A stretch of 64,000 nt of DNA from an uncultured Gammaproteobacteria bacterium (GCA_963807855.1 CAWEEB010000038.1:76158-140157); one strand, 5' to 3'. Positions 41,892 to 53,735 are shown, numbered from the stretch's first letter. The notes: generated by a model from the sequence alone, not told the origin. Made by a program: numbers and translations.

Positions 41892-43703
41892 ATGAGTCAG
41901 AAACAAACTACCAACAACAAGACCGAGAAACTCCATATCACAGATGTGGTTTTACGTGACGGACACCAGTCATTATTTGCGACCAGAATGCGACTCGCCG
42001 ATATGTTACCTATCGCTGAAAAGCTCGATAGTGTTGGTTACTGGTCAGTTGAAACATGGGGTGGCGCAACTTTCGACTCCTGTATCCGTTTTCTCGGTGA
42101 AGACCCATGGGATCGTATTCGTCAACTCAAAGCTGCAATGCCTAAAACCCCTCAGCAGATGCTATTTCGTGCTCAAAACATTCTTGGTTATCGCCATTAT
42201 GCAGACGATGTGGTTAATAAATTTGTAGAGCGCGCAGCAGTAAACGGGGTTGATGTTTTCCGTGTATTTGATGCAATGAACGATACGCGCAACATGGAAA
42301 CCTCACTAAAAGCAGTTAAAGATGTGGGTAAACATGCACAAGCGACGCTTTCTTACACCGTAAGCCCGGTTCACACACTGCAAGGCTGGCTGGATATGGC
42401 ACGCCGACTTGAAGATATCGGCTGTGACTCTATCTGTATTAAGGATATGGCGGGTTTACTCAAACCTTATACTGGACATGAACTAGTTTCTGAACTTAAA
42501 AAGATCGTTTCTGTACCCATACATATGCATTGCCATGCAACCACAGGTCTATCAACAGCTACGAATCTTAAATGTATTGAAGCGGGTGCTGATCGCGTCG
42601 ATACCTCAATATCATCCATGTCAATGACTTATGGTCATTCACCCACCGAATCAGTGGTAGCGATCATGGAAGAAAGCGAACGTGCTACAGGCCTTGATCT
42701 GGTATTACTCGAAGAAATCGCAGCCTACTTCCGCGAAGTGCGTAAAAAATATGCCAAGTGGGAAGGTTCTTTACAAGGTATAGATTCGCGTATTTTATTG
42801 GCTCAAGTTCCTGGTGGCATGCTCACCAATATGGAAGGTCAACTCAAAGAGCAAGGTGCTGGCGATAAACTGGATGAAGTATTAGCAGAAATACCTAAAG
42901 TACGAAAGGACTTGGGTTATATTCCATTGGTTACACCGACCTCTCAAATTGTTGGTACACAGGCTGTTCTGAATGTATTAACGGGTGAACGTTATAAAAA
43001 GCTTACTGGTGAGGCTGCTGGTGTACTTCGTGGTGAATATGGTGCAACCCCTGCAAATGTTAATGAAGAATTACAAAAGCAGGCATTGGCAGGAGATGAA
43101 CTTATTACCTGCCGACCTGCTGATTTACTAGAGTCTGAATTAGATAAAATAAAAGACGAACTAGTAACAATTGCTAAAGAAAAGTCGATAAAACTTACAG
43201 AAGGTGAAGGCTTGATCGATGATGTTTTGACCTATGCGCTTTTCCCTCAAGTGGGTTTGAAATTCCTTGAAAACAGAAATAATCCTGATGCATTTGAACC
43301 CATTCCAACAGGCAACGAAGGCTCAACAGTAACCTCATCAAGTGGCGAGGAAATTTACACAGTAACGGTAGATGGTGTTGATCACGTAGTTACTGTTGGT
43401 AATGGTGGTGATATCACTGGTGTTGTACCGACCTCAGGCTCAGGCGGTGCAACTACAAGCTCACCTGCAGCAGCATCGGCAAATGCAGAAGGTGAAGGGT
43501 TCCCGGCCCCCATGGCTGGTAACGTGTTCAAAGTTCAAGTTGCACCTGGTGATCTCGTTGAAGAAGGTGATGTAATGATCATCCTGGAGGCGATGAAGAT
43601 GGAGATTACCGTAATAGCACCTAAGTCCGCTACCGTTGTAGATGTCGCGATAAAAGAAGGCGACGATGTAGCCCTCGGCGATATATTAGTGACATTGGCT
43701 TAG
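41892..43703 (+). CDS. oadA: Oxaloacetate decarboxylase alpha subunit (Na+ pump)
   Basis: [28 protein letters not shown] and C-terminal biotin motif EAMKM. Confidence 0.95.
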   Translation: MSQKQTTNNKTEKLHITDVVLRDGHQSLFATRMRLADMLPIAEKLDSVGYWSVETWGGATFDSCIRFLGEDPWDRIRQLKAAMPKTPQQMLFRAQNILGYRHYADDVVNKFVERAAVNGVDVFRVFDAMNDTRNMETSLKAVKDVGKHAQATLSYTVSPVHTLQGWLDMARRLEDIGCDSICIKDMAGLLKPYTGHELVSELKKIVSVPIHMHCHATTGLSTATNLKCIEAGADRVDTSISSMSMTYGHSPTESVVAIMEESERATGLDLVLLEEIAAYFREVRKKYAKWEGSLQGIDSRILLAQVPGGMLTNMEGQLKEQGAGDKLDEVLAEIPKVRKDLGYIPLVTPTSQIVGTQAVLNVLTGERYKKLTGEAAGVLRGEYGATPANVNEELQKQALAGDELITCRPADLLESELDKIKDELVTIAKEKSIKLTEGEGLIDDVLTYALFPQVGLKFLENRNNPDAFEPIPTGNEGSTVTSSSGEEIYTVTVDGVDHVVTVGNGGDITGVVPTSGSGGATTSSPAAASANAEGEGFPAPMAGNVFKVQVAPGDLVEEGDVMIILEAMKMEITVIAPKSATVVDVAIKEGDDVALGDILVTLA

Positions 43704-43712
43704 GACTGACAT

Positions 43713-44879
43713 ATGGATACTCTGTTAAAATTATGGGGCGATTCTGGTATCGCTCAACTACAATTTGGCCAAGCCGCAATGATGCTTGTCGCCTTAGTCT
43801 TGCTTTATCTTGCGATAAAGAAGGGTTTTGAGCCTCTACTTCTCGTTCCTATCGCGATTGGTACTCTGCTCGTTAATGTACCTGGTGGCGGTTTTGAAGC
43901 GGAACCTGTTTATGATGCTCTAGGTCATATGACCAGCCCTGGTGGCATGATGTACTACATCTATAATGTTGGTATAGCCTCCGGCATGTTCCCGCTGATT
44001 ATTTTTATGGGCGTTGGCGCCATGACTGACTTCGGTCCACTGCTCGCCAATCCAAAAACCTTATTGCTAGGTGCTGCTGCCCAGTTTGGGATATTTGCAA
44101 CGGTATTAGGCGCAGTTAGTTTAAGCTATTTTGGTATCCTCGATTTTAGTATTAATGATGCTGCGGCGATCGGCATTATCGGTGGTGCAGATGGGCCAAC
44201 CGCGATCTTTGTGACCAGTAAATTGGCACCTGATATTCTCGGCCCTGTAGCTGTTGCTGCCTACTCATACATGGCGTTAGTACCCATTATTCAGCCACCT
44301 ATAATGCGTGCATTAACAACAGAAAGTGAACGTGCGATTCAAATGGTTCAGTTACGTCATGTAACCAAGACAGAAAAAATTGTATTCCCACTGTTATTAC
44401 TAGGACTTGTTGCAATGGTTCTACCAAGTGCCGCTCCATTATTAGGGATGTTCTGTTTTGGTAACTTAATGCGCGAAGCGGGTGTTGTTGATCGCTTGAG
44501 TGATACTGCTCAGAATTCTTTGATTAATATTGTCACGATCTTCCTTGGCTTAGGTGTTGGATCAAAAATGAGCGCTGACAAATTTCTTAACTGGGAAACA
44601 TTAGGCATTCTGGCACTAGGCGCTATCGCATTCTGTATCGGTACTGCCTCAGGAATTATATTGGCTAAACTGATGAATAAATTCAGCAAGAATCCAATCA
44701 ATCCTTTGATCGGTTCAGCAGGTGTATCTGCAGTACCTATGGCGGCTCGTGTATCAAATAAAGTTGGATTAGAAGCAAATCCACACAACCACCTGCTAAT
44801 GCACGCAATGGGACCAAATGTCGCTGGCGTTATTGGTTCTGCAATTGCTGCGGGTGTAATGATTAGTATGGTTAGCTAA
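43713..44879 (+). CDS. oadB: Oxaloacetate decarboxylase beta subunit
   Basis: [24 protein letters not shown] and [11 protein letters not shown] motifs. Confidence 0.95.
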   Translation: MDTLLKLWGDSGIAQLQFGQAAMMLVALVLLYLAIKKGFEPLLLVPIAIGTLLVNVPGGGFEAEPVYDALGHMTSPGGMMYYIYNVGIASGMFPLIIFMGVGAMTDFGPLLANPKTLLLGAAAQFGIFATVLGAVSLSYFGILDFSINDAAAIGIIGGADGPTAIFVTSKLAPDILGPVAVAAYSYMALVPIIQPPIMRALTTESERAIQMVQLRHVTKTEKIVFPLLLLGLVAMVLPSAAPLLGMFCFGNLMREAGVVDRLSDTAQNSLINIVTIFLGLGVGSKMSADKFLNWETLGILALGAIAFCIGTASGIILAKLMNKFSKNPINPLIGSAGVSAVPMAARVSNKVGLEANPHNHLLMHAMGPNVAGVIGSAIAAGVMISMVS

Positions 44880-44910
44880 TAGTTAAAAAAACATAAATTA
44901 CACATCATTT

Positions 44911-44945
44911 AATAAGAAGCTATTGTTGGAAACTTGCTTCTTATT
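44911..44945. terminator. Hairpin between convergent oadB and ald
   Basis: AATAAGAAGC...GCTTCTTATT inverted repeat. Confidence 0.55.
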
Positions 44946-44957
44946 AAATTGAATTGT

Positions 44958-44985
44958 CACCCCCCTGCTTTTAATGACATTTTTT
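44958..44985 (+). repeat. C6 motif copy 13
   Basis: CACCCCCCTGCTTTTAATGACATTTTTT. Confidence 0.8.
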
Positions 44986-45035
44986 GGTTAAAAACAGTTT
45001 TGAAATTAATAGGCAGAGGCTAGCAACTTTATCAA

Positions 45036-46148
45036 TTAAATTACAGAATCAGGTGAAACGAAGTCGTAACCTAACTCCGTCGCTACCGCTTGATAAGTTA
45101 CCTTTCCACCACTGACATTCAGACCATTCTTTAGATTCTGATCATCTGCCAATGCTTTTTTCCAACCTTTATCTGCAATTGCAAGTAAATGCGGCAACGT
45201 GGCATTGTTTAATGCATATGTAGAAGTTCTAGGGACAGCTCCAGGCATATTAGCCACACAGTAATGTACAACACCATCCACTTCATAAATTGGATCAGCG
45301 TGCGTCGTCGCATGTGATGTTTCGAAACACCCACCTTGATCGATGGCTACATCAACCAGTACTGCACCATCTTTCATCTCACCCAGCATTTCTTTGGTAA
45401 CCAGTTTTGGTGCAGCGGCTCCAGCGACTAACACAGCGCCTATCACCAGATCGGCAGCTAAAACAAAATCGCGCATAATGCCTGCATTCGAATGAATCAC
45501 TTTAGCGGTATTGCCAAAATAGTTACTCAAGCTTTCAATAGTTGCTGGATTGGTATCGAGTATTGCGACATCTGCCTGAACACCAACTGCCATTTGTGCG
45601 GCATTAAAGCCTACAACACCCCCACCTAGAATCACTACTTTTGCTGGAGCGACACCCGGTACACCACCGAGTAAAATGCCTAAGCCGCCATGGCTCTTCT
45701 CTAATGCATATGCACCTGCCTGAATCGATAGACGTCCTGCTACCTGGCTCATTGGTTTTAGTAGCGGTAATGCTCCATGATTATCAGTAATCGTTTCATA
45801 AGCGATACAATGTGCGCCTGAGTCGATCAAATCTTTGGTTTGTTCTGGATCAGGCGCCAAGTGCAAATAGGTATAGAGGATCTGATCCTTGCGCAGCATT
45901 GCACGTTCCACTGCTTGCGGCTCTTTAACCTTTACAATCAGTTCTGCTGAGGTAAAAATCTCAGCGGCATCAGCAATTATATCTGCACCGGCATTTTTGT
46001 ATGTTGCATCATCTGCACCAATACCTAAACCAGCTCCACTTTGCACCATGACCGAATGTCCATGTGCAACAGCAGAGGCAACAGATTCTGGAGTCATACC
46101 AACGCGGTACTCATGATTTTTTATTTCTTTAGGTACGCCTATTAACAC
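45036..46148 (-). CDS. ald: Alanine dehydrogenase
   Basis: [32 protein letters not shown] and VANMPGAV motifs. Confidence 0.96.
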   Translation of the reverse strand: MLIGVPKEIKNHEYRVGMTPESVASAVAHGHSVMVQSGAGLGIGADDATYKNAGADIIADAAEIFTSAELIVKVKEPQAVERAMLRKDQILYTYLHLAPDPEQTKDLIDSGAHCIAYETITDNHGALPLLKPMSQVAGRLSIQAGAYALEKSHGGLGILLGGVPGVAPAKVVILGGGVVGFNAAQMAVGVQADVAILDTNPATIESLSNYFGNTAKVIHSNAGIMRDFVLAADLVIGAVLVAGAAAPKLVTKEMLGEMKDGAVLVDVAIDQGGCFETSHATTHADPIYEVDGVVHYCVANMPGAVPRTSTYALNNATLPHLLAIADKGWKKALADDQNLKNGLNVSGGKVTYQAVATELGYDFVSPDSVI

Positions 46149-46284
46149 AGTAAATCTCCTATAAACATTTATACGTTATGAAACCAATACACTAACTAGA
46201 GCATTATCTTAATCATAGTATTGATATCGCTATTATTTAGTGCCAATAATGTAATAATTCTAGTACCAGAGAACCTAATCAAGT

Positions 46285-46392
46285 TACCCCCCTACTTTTA
46301 GGCACTTTTTTATCACCCATCAAGCTTGCTAAAGACGTAGGCTAAGCTACGCACTAATGCTTTTTCGGCTGCATCTCGATTCAGTATGTTTT
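46285..46392 (+). repeat. C6 motif copy 14, long form
   Basis: TACCCCCCTACTTTTAGGCACTTTTTT then ...GCTACGCACTAATGCTTTTTCGGCTGCATCTCGATTCAGTATGTTTT, similar to 10205-10305. Confidence 0.75.
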
Positions 46393-46415
46393 AATGAGGA
46401 AAATTTATAGGCAAT

Positions 46416-46453
46416 AAAAAAAGCCCCTGTGAGTAAACTCACAGGGGCTTTTT
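46416..46453 (-). terminator. Rho-independent terminator of the dsr operon
   Basis: AAAAAAAGCCCCTGTGAGT-AA-ACTCACAGGGGCTTTTT perfect stem just after the dsrP stop. Confidence 0.9.
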
Positions 46454-46474
46454 AGAACATATGTTTATAATAAT

Positions 46475-47689
46475 TTATGAATGGTGTGGATCCACACTTG
46501 CATCATCTAATGTATTCGGCAGGAGTCTAAATATTTTCATACCTATAATGAGCAAACAAATAGCCAGACCAACACCACCAATACCTAATAGGTATTCTGG
46601 CAATGTCGCTGAGTATGCATTGTAAACACCATCAGAAAACGTACTGCTTGTTTCTGAATTAGGGAAAAGCACTAATGGATATGATTGCCCACCAATAAGG
46701 ATGACATAAATCTGTGCGAAGCCACCAAGAATCGCAAGGATTGCTGCTGTGACCAATGCTGTACGGTTATTCTTCAGAAATCTACACCACACCAGAAACA
46801 TCGGCACTAAACTACCTAAAACGATTTGGCCATACCAGAATAAATCAGAAAATGGACCACCATTAAGAATGTACGACTCAACACCATGATGCTCAGTAGC
46901 ATATAGATTGGTTAGGTGACGAACTAATTCAAGGAATAAAACCAAAGCAATAAAGATCGCCAGGGAATAACGTAAACGATTGAGCACTGCATCACCCAAT
47001 TCACGACCTGTCATTTTGAATGTAGCCATTAACACCAGTGTATAAATAGCGGTTCCATATACGTATGAAGCTACGATAAACAACGGCGCTAAAATAGCGG
47101 CATCGTAATATTGTCTGGCAACCAGAAAACCAAAGATAGAACCAGTACCCATGGTAAGCATAAAACGCCACAACATGTTTACTATTCCTGTTGGTTTATA
47201 GAGCTTTTTAGCTACTTTATTGCGATCCATCATGGTCCATAAATACACCGCAATAATCGCAAGGAAACCCGTATAAAGAATCATATTCCAGGCAAAAATT
47301 GATTTGAAATTTAGATAACCGTATGCCATTTCAATGACATGCCCAATACTCCCTAAATCAAGTAATAAAACAATCAAACCTCCAACTAGTAACGTTGCTG
47401 CCAGAAATGCAGATAATCGTCCTAAAGGTTGATAAATTTTCTTACCAAAAACTGTTCCAACCGTGGCAACATTAGCGGCACCTGAAGCAGCAACGATTAA
47501 GAAAATAGCAAACACATGAGGCATACCCCATACAATTTGATTGTTCATACCCGTCACATAATGGCCGTGATGTTCCATGTAATAGAATGCACCTGCTCCA
47601 GCTAAAACTAATAAGCCAAAGAAGCCCAGCACTGCCCAGAAGCCAAAACCACTGTTTTTAATTTCACTAAATACGGTATTTGTCGCCAT
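46475..47689 (-). CDS. dsrP: DsrP (NrfD/PsrC family membrane subunit)
   Basis: TGMNNQIVWGMPHVFAIFLIVAASG; multiple TM segments; last gene of dsrMKLJOP. Confidence 0.9.
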   Translation of the reverse strand: MATNTVFSEIKNSGFGFWAVLGFFGLLVLAGAGAFYYMEHHGHYVTGMNNQIVWGMPHVFAIFLIVAASGAANVATVGTVFGKKIYQPLGRLSAFLAATLLVGGLIVLLLDLGSIGHVIEMAYGYLNFKSIFAWNMILYTGFLAIIAVYLWTMMDRNKVAKKLYKPTGIVNMLWRFMLTMGTGSIFGFLVARQYYDAAILAPLFIVASYVYGTAIYTLVLMATFKMTGRELGDAVLNRLRYSLAIFIALVLFLELVRHLTNLYATEHHGVESYILNGGPFSDLFWYGQIVLGSLVPMFLVWCRFLKNNRTALVTAAILAILGGFAQIYVILIGGQSYPLVLFPNSETSSTFSDGVYNAYSATLPEYLLGIGGVGLAICLLIIGMKIFRLLPNTLDDASVDPHHS

Positions 47690-47691
47690 TT

Positions 47692-48420
47692 TTATATACC
47701 CCAGTAGCGCACGCCAGTGTTTAATCCAAGGTCAGCACGGATCTGCGTACCACCATATTGTTTTAATACTTTACTAATCTGACTGTTCTCATCGTTTAGA
47801 TCACCAAAGAGCATTGCCTCAGGTGCTGCATCAACACAGGCTGGGTTTTTACCCGCATCAACACGATTAACACACATATTGCATGATTCAACCGTACCTT
47901 TACCACGTGGTGTTCCTGGACGTTGATCAACCAAGGTTTCATGAACAAAGCTTCTCGCTTTATAAGGACAAGCCATCATGCAGTAGCGACAACCGATACA
48001 AATATGCTTATTTACTTGAACAATGCCATCAGCGCGTTTCATTGATGCGCCAGTTGGACAGACATCAACACAAGGTGCAGTTTCACAATGTTGACACATG
48101 ACTGGTAAACTCATTGTCTTACCCGTCATTTTTTCTGTTACTTTTACTTTACGAATCCATTGTGCGTCTTGTTGATCGTTAGAATGCTTTTCATCACCCC
48201 AACCATGTTCTTTTTTACAGGCAGCGATACATGCATCACCGCCATCGGTTAACTTATTGACATCAATCAGCATGCCCCAACGAACTTTATCACTAATGGG
48301 TTCATCAGCTGGCTTTGCCTGTACTTCGCGTAAGAAAATACCTGGCGCAATAGTAACAGCCGCAGCTGTTCCAGCAAGACCAGAGAGAAAATTACGGCGG
48401 TATGAATCTATCTTACTCAC
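47692..48420 (-). CDS. dsrO: DsrO periplasmic Fe-S protein
   Basis: Tat-like RRNFL signal (GTG at 48420); CQHC..PCVDVCP, CIGCRYCMMACPY and CNMC motifs. Confidence 0.92.
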   Translation of the reverse strand: MSKIDSYRRNFLSGLAGTAAAVTIAPGIFLREVQAKPADEPISDKVRWGMLIDVNKLTDGGDACIAACKKEHGWGDEKHSNDQQDAQWIRKVKVTEKMTGKTMSLPVMCQHCETAPCVDVCPTGASMKRADGIVQVNKHICIGCRYCMMACPYKARSFVHETLVDQRPGTPRGKGTVESCNMCVNRVDAGKNPACVDAAPEAMLFGDLNDENSQISKVLKQYGGTQIRADLGLNTGVRYWGI

Positions 48421-48934
48421 TGATCTCTCCCTTTTTGTTACTTTCATCAAGCGTTTGATGACTTTGCGCTATGGATAACGAGTCACCCTGTTGCTCTGAA
48501 GACTGAGTTGTTGCATCTGCAGTAGCTTCCTGTTTTACAGGATGATCAACATGGCATTGAAAACAATCTAGTTTAGCCGCAACGTAACTATGACAAGTAG
48601 AGCAGAAATGTTCTGGATTGGTATGACGCAAAACTTCGCCATTGTGCTGCTCAGGAACATGACAATTTATACATGCATTTAAGCTATATTTTTTTGTGCG
48701 AATACCATTATAGACAGTCTCATCTCGCTTATGCATGAGCTCGTCCATATGGTTCTTACGCATATGAGCTACGTGCTTGTCACGAACTTCATCTGACTCA
48801 AACTGTTTTGATGCTTTCATCAAAGCAGGTGGCTCACTATCACACGCACTTAAACCTAGAAGTGAAACAGATAAAAACGATAACACAACGAAGGATTTAA
48901 CCAACTGTGTAAATGTGGATTGAATTCTCAACAT
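48413..48934 (-). CDS. dsrJ: DsrJ triheme cytochrome c
   Basis: Three CxxCH motifs (CINCH, CSTCH, CFQCH); MRKNHM..L.HKRDETV..GIR. Confidence 0.92.
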   Translation of the reverse strand: MLRIQSTFTQLVKSFVVLSFLSVSLLGLSACDSEPPALMKASKQFESDEVRDKHVAHMRKNHMDELMHKRDETVYNGIRTKKYSLNACINCHVPEQHNGEVLRHTNPEHFCSTCHSYVAAKLDCFQCHVDHPVKQEATADATTQSSEQQGDSLSIAQSHQTLDESNKKGEISE

Positions 48935-49005
48935 ATAATTCTCTAGGAACACACTAAACCCGTATGAGGATTAGTGTAGTTTCTTTGATTGACCAGACCA
49001 GTAAA

Positions 49006-50973
49006 TTAACCACCTAAGCCCATTTCAATGTAGCCAGTAGGGCAAACATCAGCACAAATATGACAACCAATACACTTGTTGTAGTCAGTATCTACATAAC
49101 GACCTGTTGTCGACTTTTCTTTGTTGACTCTGAATACCGCATCTTGAGGACAATAGATTACACAGTTATCACACTCAAAACACATGCCACAACTCATACA
49201 ACGCTCTGCCTCATCAATGACTTGCTGTTCTTCAAGAGCATTCATACGTTCGGCAAAATGACCTAAAACCTCGCTTTCACTTGGTACATCTTCGGTGCGT
49301 TTATAACGCTCAACTTTCTCGAAATGACCTAAAAATAATTCGCTTGAAGCTACAATTTCATGTTCTGAGCGATCATCAAAGTTGTGAACTGCATAATCAT
49401 CAGAATCTGTACCACGAAGATCTTCTTCTTTTCCTTCATCATACGAAGTAGGACTAAGATTGAATTCCTTAAGCTTGTCAAGCAAGTCAAAATGATGCTT
49501 ATCAACTTTAGGGCGCTTACTAAGTTTCTCTTCGTTATGCACAAGATAATGGTCGATAGTTTCTGCTGCAATCGAAGCTTGACCTATTGCAGTAGTAAGT
49601 AGGTGAGGACGTACAATATCACCCGCTACGAAATGACCTTCTTTACCAGGAACCTGATAAAAGTTATCTGCATCAATAGCATTACGATCATTACCGTACT
49701 CTTCAACACCATCAAGATCACCGAACTGGCCGATTGCAGAAACGATTAGATCAGCTTCAATCAAGGTTTCTTTACCGCCTTCTTTTGGCTTAGGCATATT
49801 GCCTTCCATAACCGCCTCTACCACTTTAAGACCGATAGCTCTTCCGTTCTCATCGACAACGATTTCAGATGGCATAACTTCCGTTAAGATTGTTACGCCT
49901 TCTATCAATGCATCTTGAACTTCGTGCTCAGCAGCTGTCATTTGGTCCAATGGGAATAATGACGTTAATGTAACCTCGGCAGGTACTTTGTTTGCAGGCT
50001 CTGAATCGTGCTTAACTTTACCCGTTGCAACATCTTCAGCATGTTCAGTGTAACCTGCTAAAGATCCTATACGACGAGATACTGACACCACGTCGATAGA
50101 TGTATCACCACCACCCACACATACAACTTTAGGTGCTGTATACTTCATATCACCAAGGTTAAATGCTTCAAGGAATTCTACTGCTGTAACAGCATTTGGC
50201 ACCTGATCCCAGTTATCTACGAATAAACCACGACCATTCTTACAGCCAAGAGCCCAAAGAATCGCATCGTATTCTTTTTCTAGAACTGCAACTTCGACAT
50301 CTTTACCTACTCGAGTGTTAAGTTTAACTTCAACACCATCCATATTTGTAATACGAGCGATTTCAGCATCCATACTATCGCGAGGTACACGATATCCAGG
50401 AATACCATAACGAGCCATGCCGCCTAATTGTGCATGATCGTCAAAAATTGTTGAGTAATGACCCATTTTACGCAGCTGGTAAGCAGCTGCCATACCCGCA
50501 ACACCACCACCAATTATGGCTACTTTTTTGCCAGATGGAGTTGCTGAATCATCAAACGTTAGACCAGCAGCTGTTGCTTGATCACCGATGTATTGCTCGA
50601 CAGAGTTAATGCCTACAAACTCATCTACATCATTACGATTACAACCTTCTTCACAAGGTGCCGGACATACTCGACCCATCATAGATGGGAATGGATTAGC
50701 TGCAGTAGAGCGACGGAATGCATATTCCTGCATTGTCATATCACCCGTAGGCTTTTCTATTCCACGAACAATCTGTAACCAACCACGGATATCTTCACCA
50801 GAAGGACAGCTTCCCTGACAAGGAGGAGTTTTCTGAATATAAGTAGGACATTTGTAAGAGGTATCTTCCTGGAAGATATATTCTCCCATACTATCCCACG
50901 TATAATCATCGTCATCATATCGTCTGAATGTGTGGGCTTTTGCCAATTTTTTATCATCAGGTGAAGTTGCCAT
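49006..50973 (-). CDS. dsrL: DsrL iron-sulfur flavoprotein
   Basis: PPCQGSCPSGEDIRGWL, GRVCPAPCE, GGGVAG and C-terminal ferredoxin motifs CFECDNC / CIGCHICADVCP. Confidence 0.94.
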   Translation of the reverse strand: MATSPDDKKLAKAHTFRRYDDDDYTWDSMGEYIFQEDTSYKCPTYIQKTPPCQGSCPSGEDIRGWLQIVRGIEKPTGDMTMQEYAFRRSTAANPFPSMMGRVCPAPCEEGCNRNDVDEFVGINSVEQYIGDQATAAGLTFDDSATPSGKKVAIIGGGVAGMAAAYQLRKMGHYSTIFDDHAQLGGMARYGIPGYRVPRDSMDAEIARITNMDGVEVKLNTRVGKDVEVAVLEKEYDAILWALGCKNGRGLFVDNWDQVPNAVTAVEFLEAFNLGDMKYTAPKVVCVGGGDTSIDVVSVSRRIGSLAGYTEHAEDVATGKVKHDSEPANKVPAEVTLTSLFPLDQMTAAEHEVQDALIEGVTILTEVMPSEIVVDENGRAIGLKVVEAVMEGNMPKPKEGGKETLIEADLIVSAIGQFGDLDGVEEYGNDRNAIDADNFYQVPGKEGHFVAGDIVRPHLLTTAIGQASIAAETIDHYLVHNEEKLSKRPKVDKHHFDLLDKLKEFNLSPTSYDEGKEEDLRGTDSDDYAVHNFDDRSEHEIVASSELFLGHFEKVERYKRTEDVPSESEVLGHFAERMNALEEQQVIDEAERCMSCGMCFECDNCVIYCPQDAVFRVNKEKSTTGRYVDTDYNKCIGCHICADVCPTGYIEMGLGG

Positions 50974-51050
50974 GCTTATATCTCCATTACTCGATCCAGA
51001 AATTCTGGAAAATTTTACGTTTAAAAACGTTTAATTAATGTTGACGATGA

Positions 51051-52757
51051 TTACTTATCATCCGTCTCTTTTTCTGTGTCTTTCGCAGCTTCCACTGCCT
51101 CTTTTTCAGCTTTCTCAGCAGCTGCTTTCTTACGTGCTTCCATTGCAGCTAAACGTTCTGCCTCTTCAGCAGCTTCTTTTGCTTCGATCTCTTCTTCAGT
51201 GAGCTGCCCTGTGAGGAATATCGCATTACTTACCAATTGGTGCACACTCACAATCATATCCATACTAAAGCCATAGTAAGGAATAACTTTGGTGAATTGA
51301 GATTTACATATGGCACAGATTGCAGCCATATGTGTTACTTGATGTTTATCGGTAACATGCTTAAGTGCTTCCATTCTTGGCTGAGCACCTTTAATGCGCA
51401 CATCCATTAGATCATCAGTCAAGATACCGCCACCGCCACCACAGCAGAATGTAGCGTCGTGAATAGTATCTGCTGGCATATCTACAAAGTTGTTACATAC
51501 CGCCTTGATGACATTACGCGGCAAATCAAATTGTCCACCAGGTTTTGGACCCATGCGACTACCGCGAGCAATATTACAAGAATCATGGAAAGTCAGAACT
51601 TTGTCATCGTTCTTGGACTTATCGATATTTAATTTACCAGCCGTTAATGCAGGCTCAGTAATTTCCAATATATGCTGAGGAACTGGATAATTCTGATCTA
51701 GAAAATCAAAAGGTCCAGCAAGTGTATTCAGGAAGCTATAGGCAACGCGCCATGCATGACCGCATTCACCAAATACTATTCTTTTAACACCCAAATCCTG
51801 TGCGGCTTTACGAATACGCAATGAAACCTTTCGCATGTTTTCGTAACTGCCGATAAACATACCGAAGTTAGCGCCTTCGGAAGCATAAGAACTTAAGGTC
51901 CAATCTAAACCAAGTTCATGGAGAACTTTTGCATAACCCATTAAACCATCTACATGTGGCTCAGCGAAGAAGTCAGCTGATGGTGTAATAAGTAGTATAT
52001 CCGCACCTTTTTTGTCTAAAGGAAGCTTTACATCAACACCAGTCTCATCATAGATATCTTCCTCTAGGCCTTCCAAAGTATCTGCTAGTGCAGCTTCAGG
52101 AAGACCAAGATTATTTCCAATCTTATTAAGCTTACCCATGATTTCAGTACAGTACTTTTGTCCCATACCAATATGATCAAGAATTTCTCGAGCGGCCATT
52201 GATATTTCTGCAGTATCAATACCATAAGGACAGAAAACAGAACAACGACGACATTGTGAACACTGGTGATAGTAGTTATACCAATCTTTAACGACATCTT
52301 CGTCTAACTCAGCCGCACCAACAAAACCAGGCATACCCATTTTGCCGAAGAACTTTCCGGCAAAGGTAAAGTAGCGACGATATACTTTTCGTAACAAATC
52401 CTGTCTTGCTACAGGCATATTCTTAGGATCAGTCGATCCCAAGTAGTAATGACATTTATCTGTACAAGCTCCACACTTAACACAGATATCTAAAAATACT
52501 TGAAGTGAGCGATAACGACCTTTTAGATCAGCCATTTTATCTAATGCACGCTCTTTCCAGTTATCAACAAGAGTATCGGTATTTCCATAAGCCGAAACAT
52601 CTTCAGGCATAGTGAAGTCTGTGGGAAAGTGCATCGCTTCCTGAAATTCTGGTTTAGAAACCCACGGCCCATGCGACTTCATTGCATCTGGCTGCAAGCT
52701 AGGCACATCTACAATGCCATCTTCACCTGTTATTTCTGGAATATCGTAATCAGCCAC
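51051..52757 (-). CDS. dsrK: DsrK (HdrD-like subunit)
   Basis: CVKCGACTDKC, CSQCRRCSVFCPYGID, GECGH, HDSC and CCGGGGG motifs. Confidence 0.94.
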   Translation of the reverse strand: MADYDIPEITGEDGIVDVPSLQPDAMKSHGPWVSKPEFQEAMHFPTDFTMPEDVSAYGNTDTLVDNWKERALDKMADLKGRYRSLQVFLDICVKCGACTDKCHYYLGSTDPKNMPVARQDLLRKVYRRYFTFAGKFFGKMGMPGFVGAAELDEDVVKDWYNYYHQCSQCRRCSVFCPYGIDTAEISMAAREILDHIGMGQKYCTEIMGKLNKIGNNLGLPEAALADTLEGLEEDIYDETGVDVKLPLDKKGADILLITPSADFFAEPHVDGLMGYAKVLHELGLDWTLSSYASEGANFGMFIGSYENMRKVSLRIRKAAQDLGVKRIVFGECGHAWRVAYSFLNTLAGPFDFLDQNYPVPQHILEITEPALTAGKLNIDKSKNDDKVLTFHDSCNIARGSRMGPKPGGQFDLPRNVIKAVCNNFVDMPADTIHDATFCCGGGGGILTDDLMDVRIKGAQPRMEALKHVTDKHQVTHMAAICAICKSQFTKVIPYYGFSMDMIVSVHQLVSNAIFLTGQLTEEEIEAKEAAEEAERLAAMEARKKAAAEKAEKEAVEAAKDTEKETDDK

Positions 52758-52807
52758 AATTGTTCTCCAATATTCTGCCCACTATCTTTAGGTTTATTAG
52801 CATTGTG

Positions 52808-53570
52808 TTAGTCCAATTCATCCAAAAACAATTTGTTTTGTTTTTCCAACTCTTGAGCCCAAGGAGCAATATGACGCTTCTCACGTGGGTTATCTATTTG
52901 ATTTCGAGTAGGACTAAAGAAAATGCCAGGCGCATGTAACAATTTACTGATTGGAAAAATCAGCATCAATATTGCGACTAGCCCCAGATGTAGCAATAAT
53001 ATTGCATCAGTTGGCAGTGGCTGCCAATCAAAGGTAATCAAACCACGGAAGAATGCTTTAACCATTACAATGTCAGTATGACTCACAAATGACATCATCA
53101 AACCTGAAACACCAATCATGATTAGCAACAGCAACATTGCAATATCTGAAGGGGCAGTAATGTAACGAACCCTATCAATTAGAATTCTTCTAGCCAAAAG
53201 ACCCAATAAGCCAACTATAAAAAGGAATCCAGCATATTTACCAAAAGGCTGCATAAACTGATACGAAACCCCAGATTGGTTCTTGTACGTATCTGAAGTG
53301 ACGAATCACTATTAAAAGCATCGTATAATGAAACAGGAAACCTAATGCCCACAACAACTTATCCGAACGAAACAGACTCTTAAACAAGAAAACTTCTTGC
53401 ATCATTCGAATGACTACCCCGCCCTGTGTTACAGGAGCCGGTGTTGTAGGAATTTTTAGTGGTGCTGGGACTTTTGCGTATATTCGGATTTTATTTGCAA
53501 CACCTAGTACCAGAACAAGTGTTGCAGCCCAAAATAATACTGCATAAATAACACCAATGGTCATTTGCAC
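52808..53570 (-). CDS. dsrM: DsrM (NarI-like cytochrome b), one frameshift near 53255
   Basis: Two ORFs: PLKIPTTPAP..FH..RHFRY and HL..FPISKLLHAPGIFFSPTRNQ.DNPRE.RH. Confidence 0.9.
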
Positions 53571-53700
53571 TATGTAGCTCCTAAATTTCTTTTACATCTA
53601 TAACTTATTGTATTTATTGCACTTTTAAAAACAATTCTTTTTCTAAAACTCACAAAGAACCACTGACCTTAGATAAAGGACAACTTTATGAACTTAAGAA

Positions 53701-53735
53701 AAAGAATTCGGGGAGATTTTCACCCCGAAGTCTTT
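53701..53735 (-). terminator. Stem-loop after dsrC (internal terminator or mRNA stabiliser)
   Basis: AAAGAATTCGGGG...CCCCGAAGTCTTT imperfect inverted repeat; U-rich on the minus strand. Confidence 0.6.

Noticed and set aside
45617-45632. CACCCCCACC in ald as a motif copy
   Set aside because: Encodes the Rossmann LGGGVVG motif; no T-tracts.
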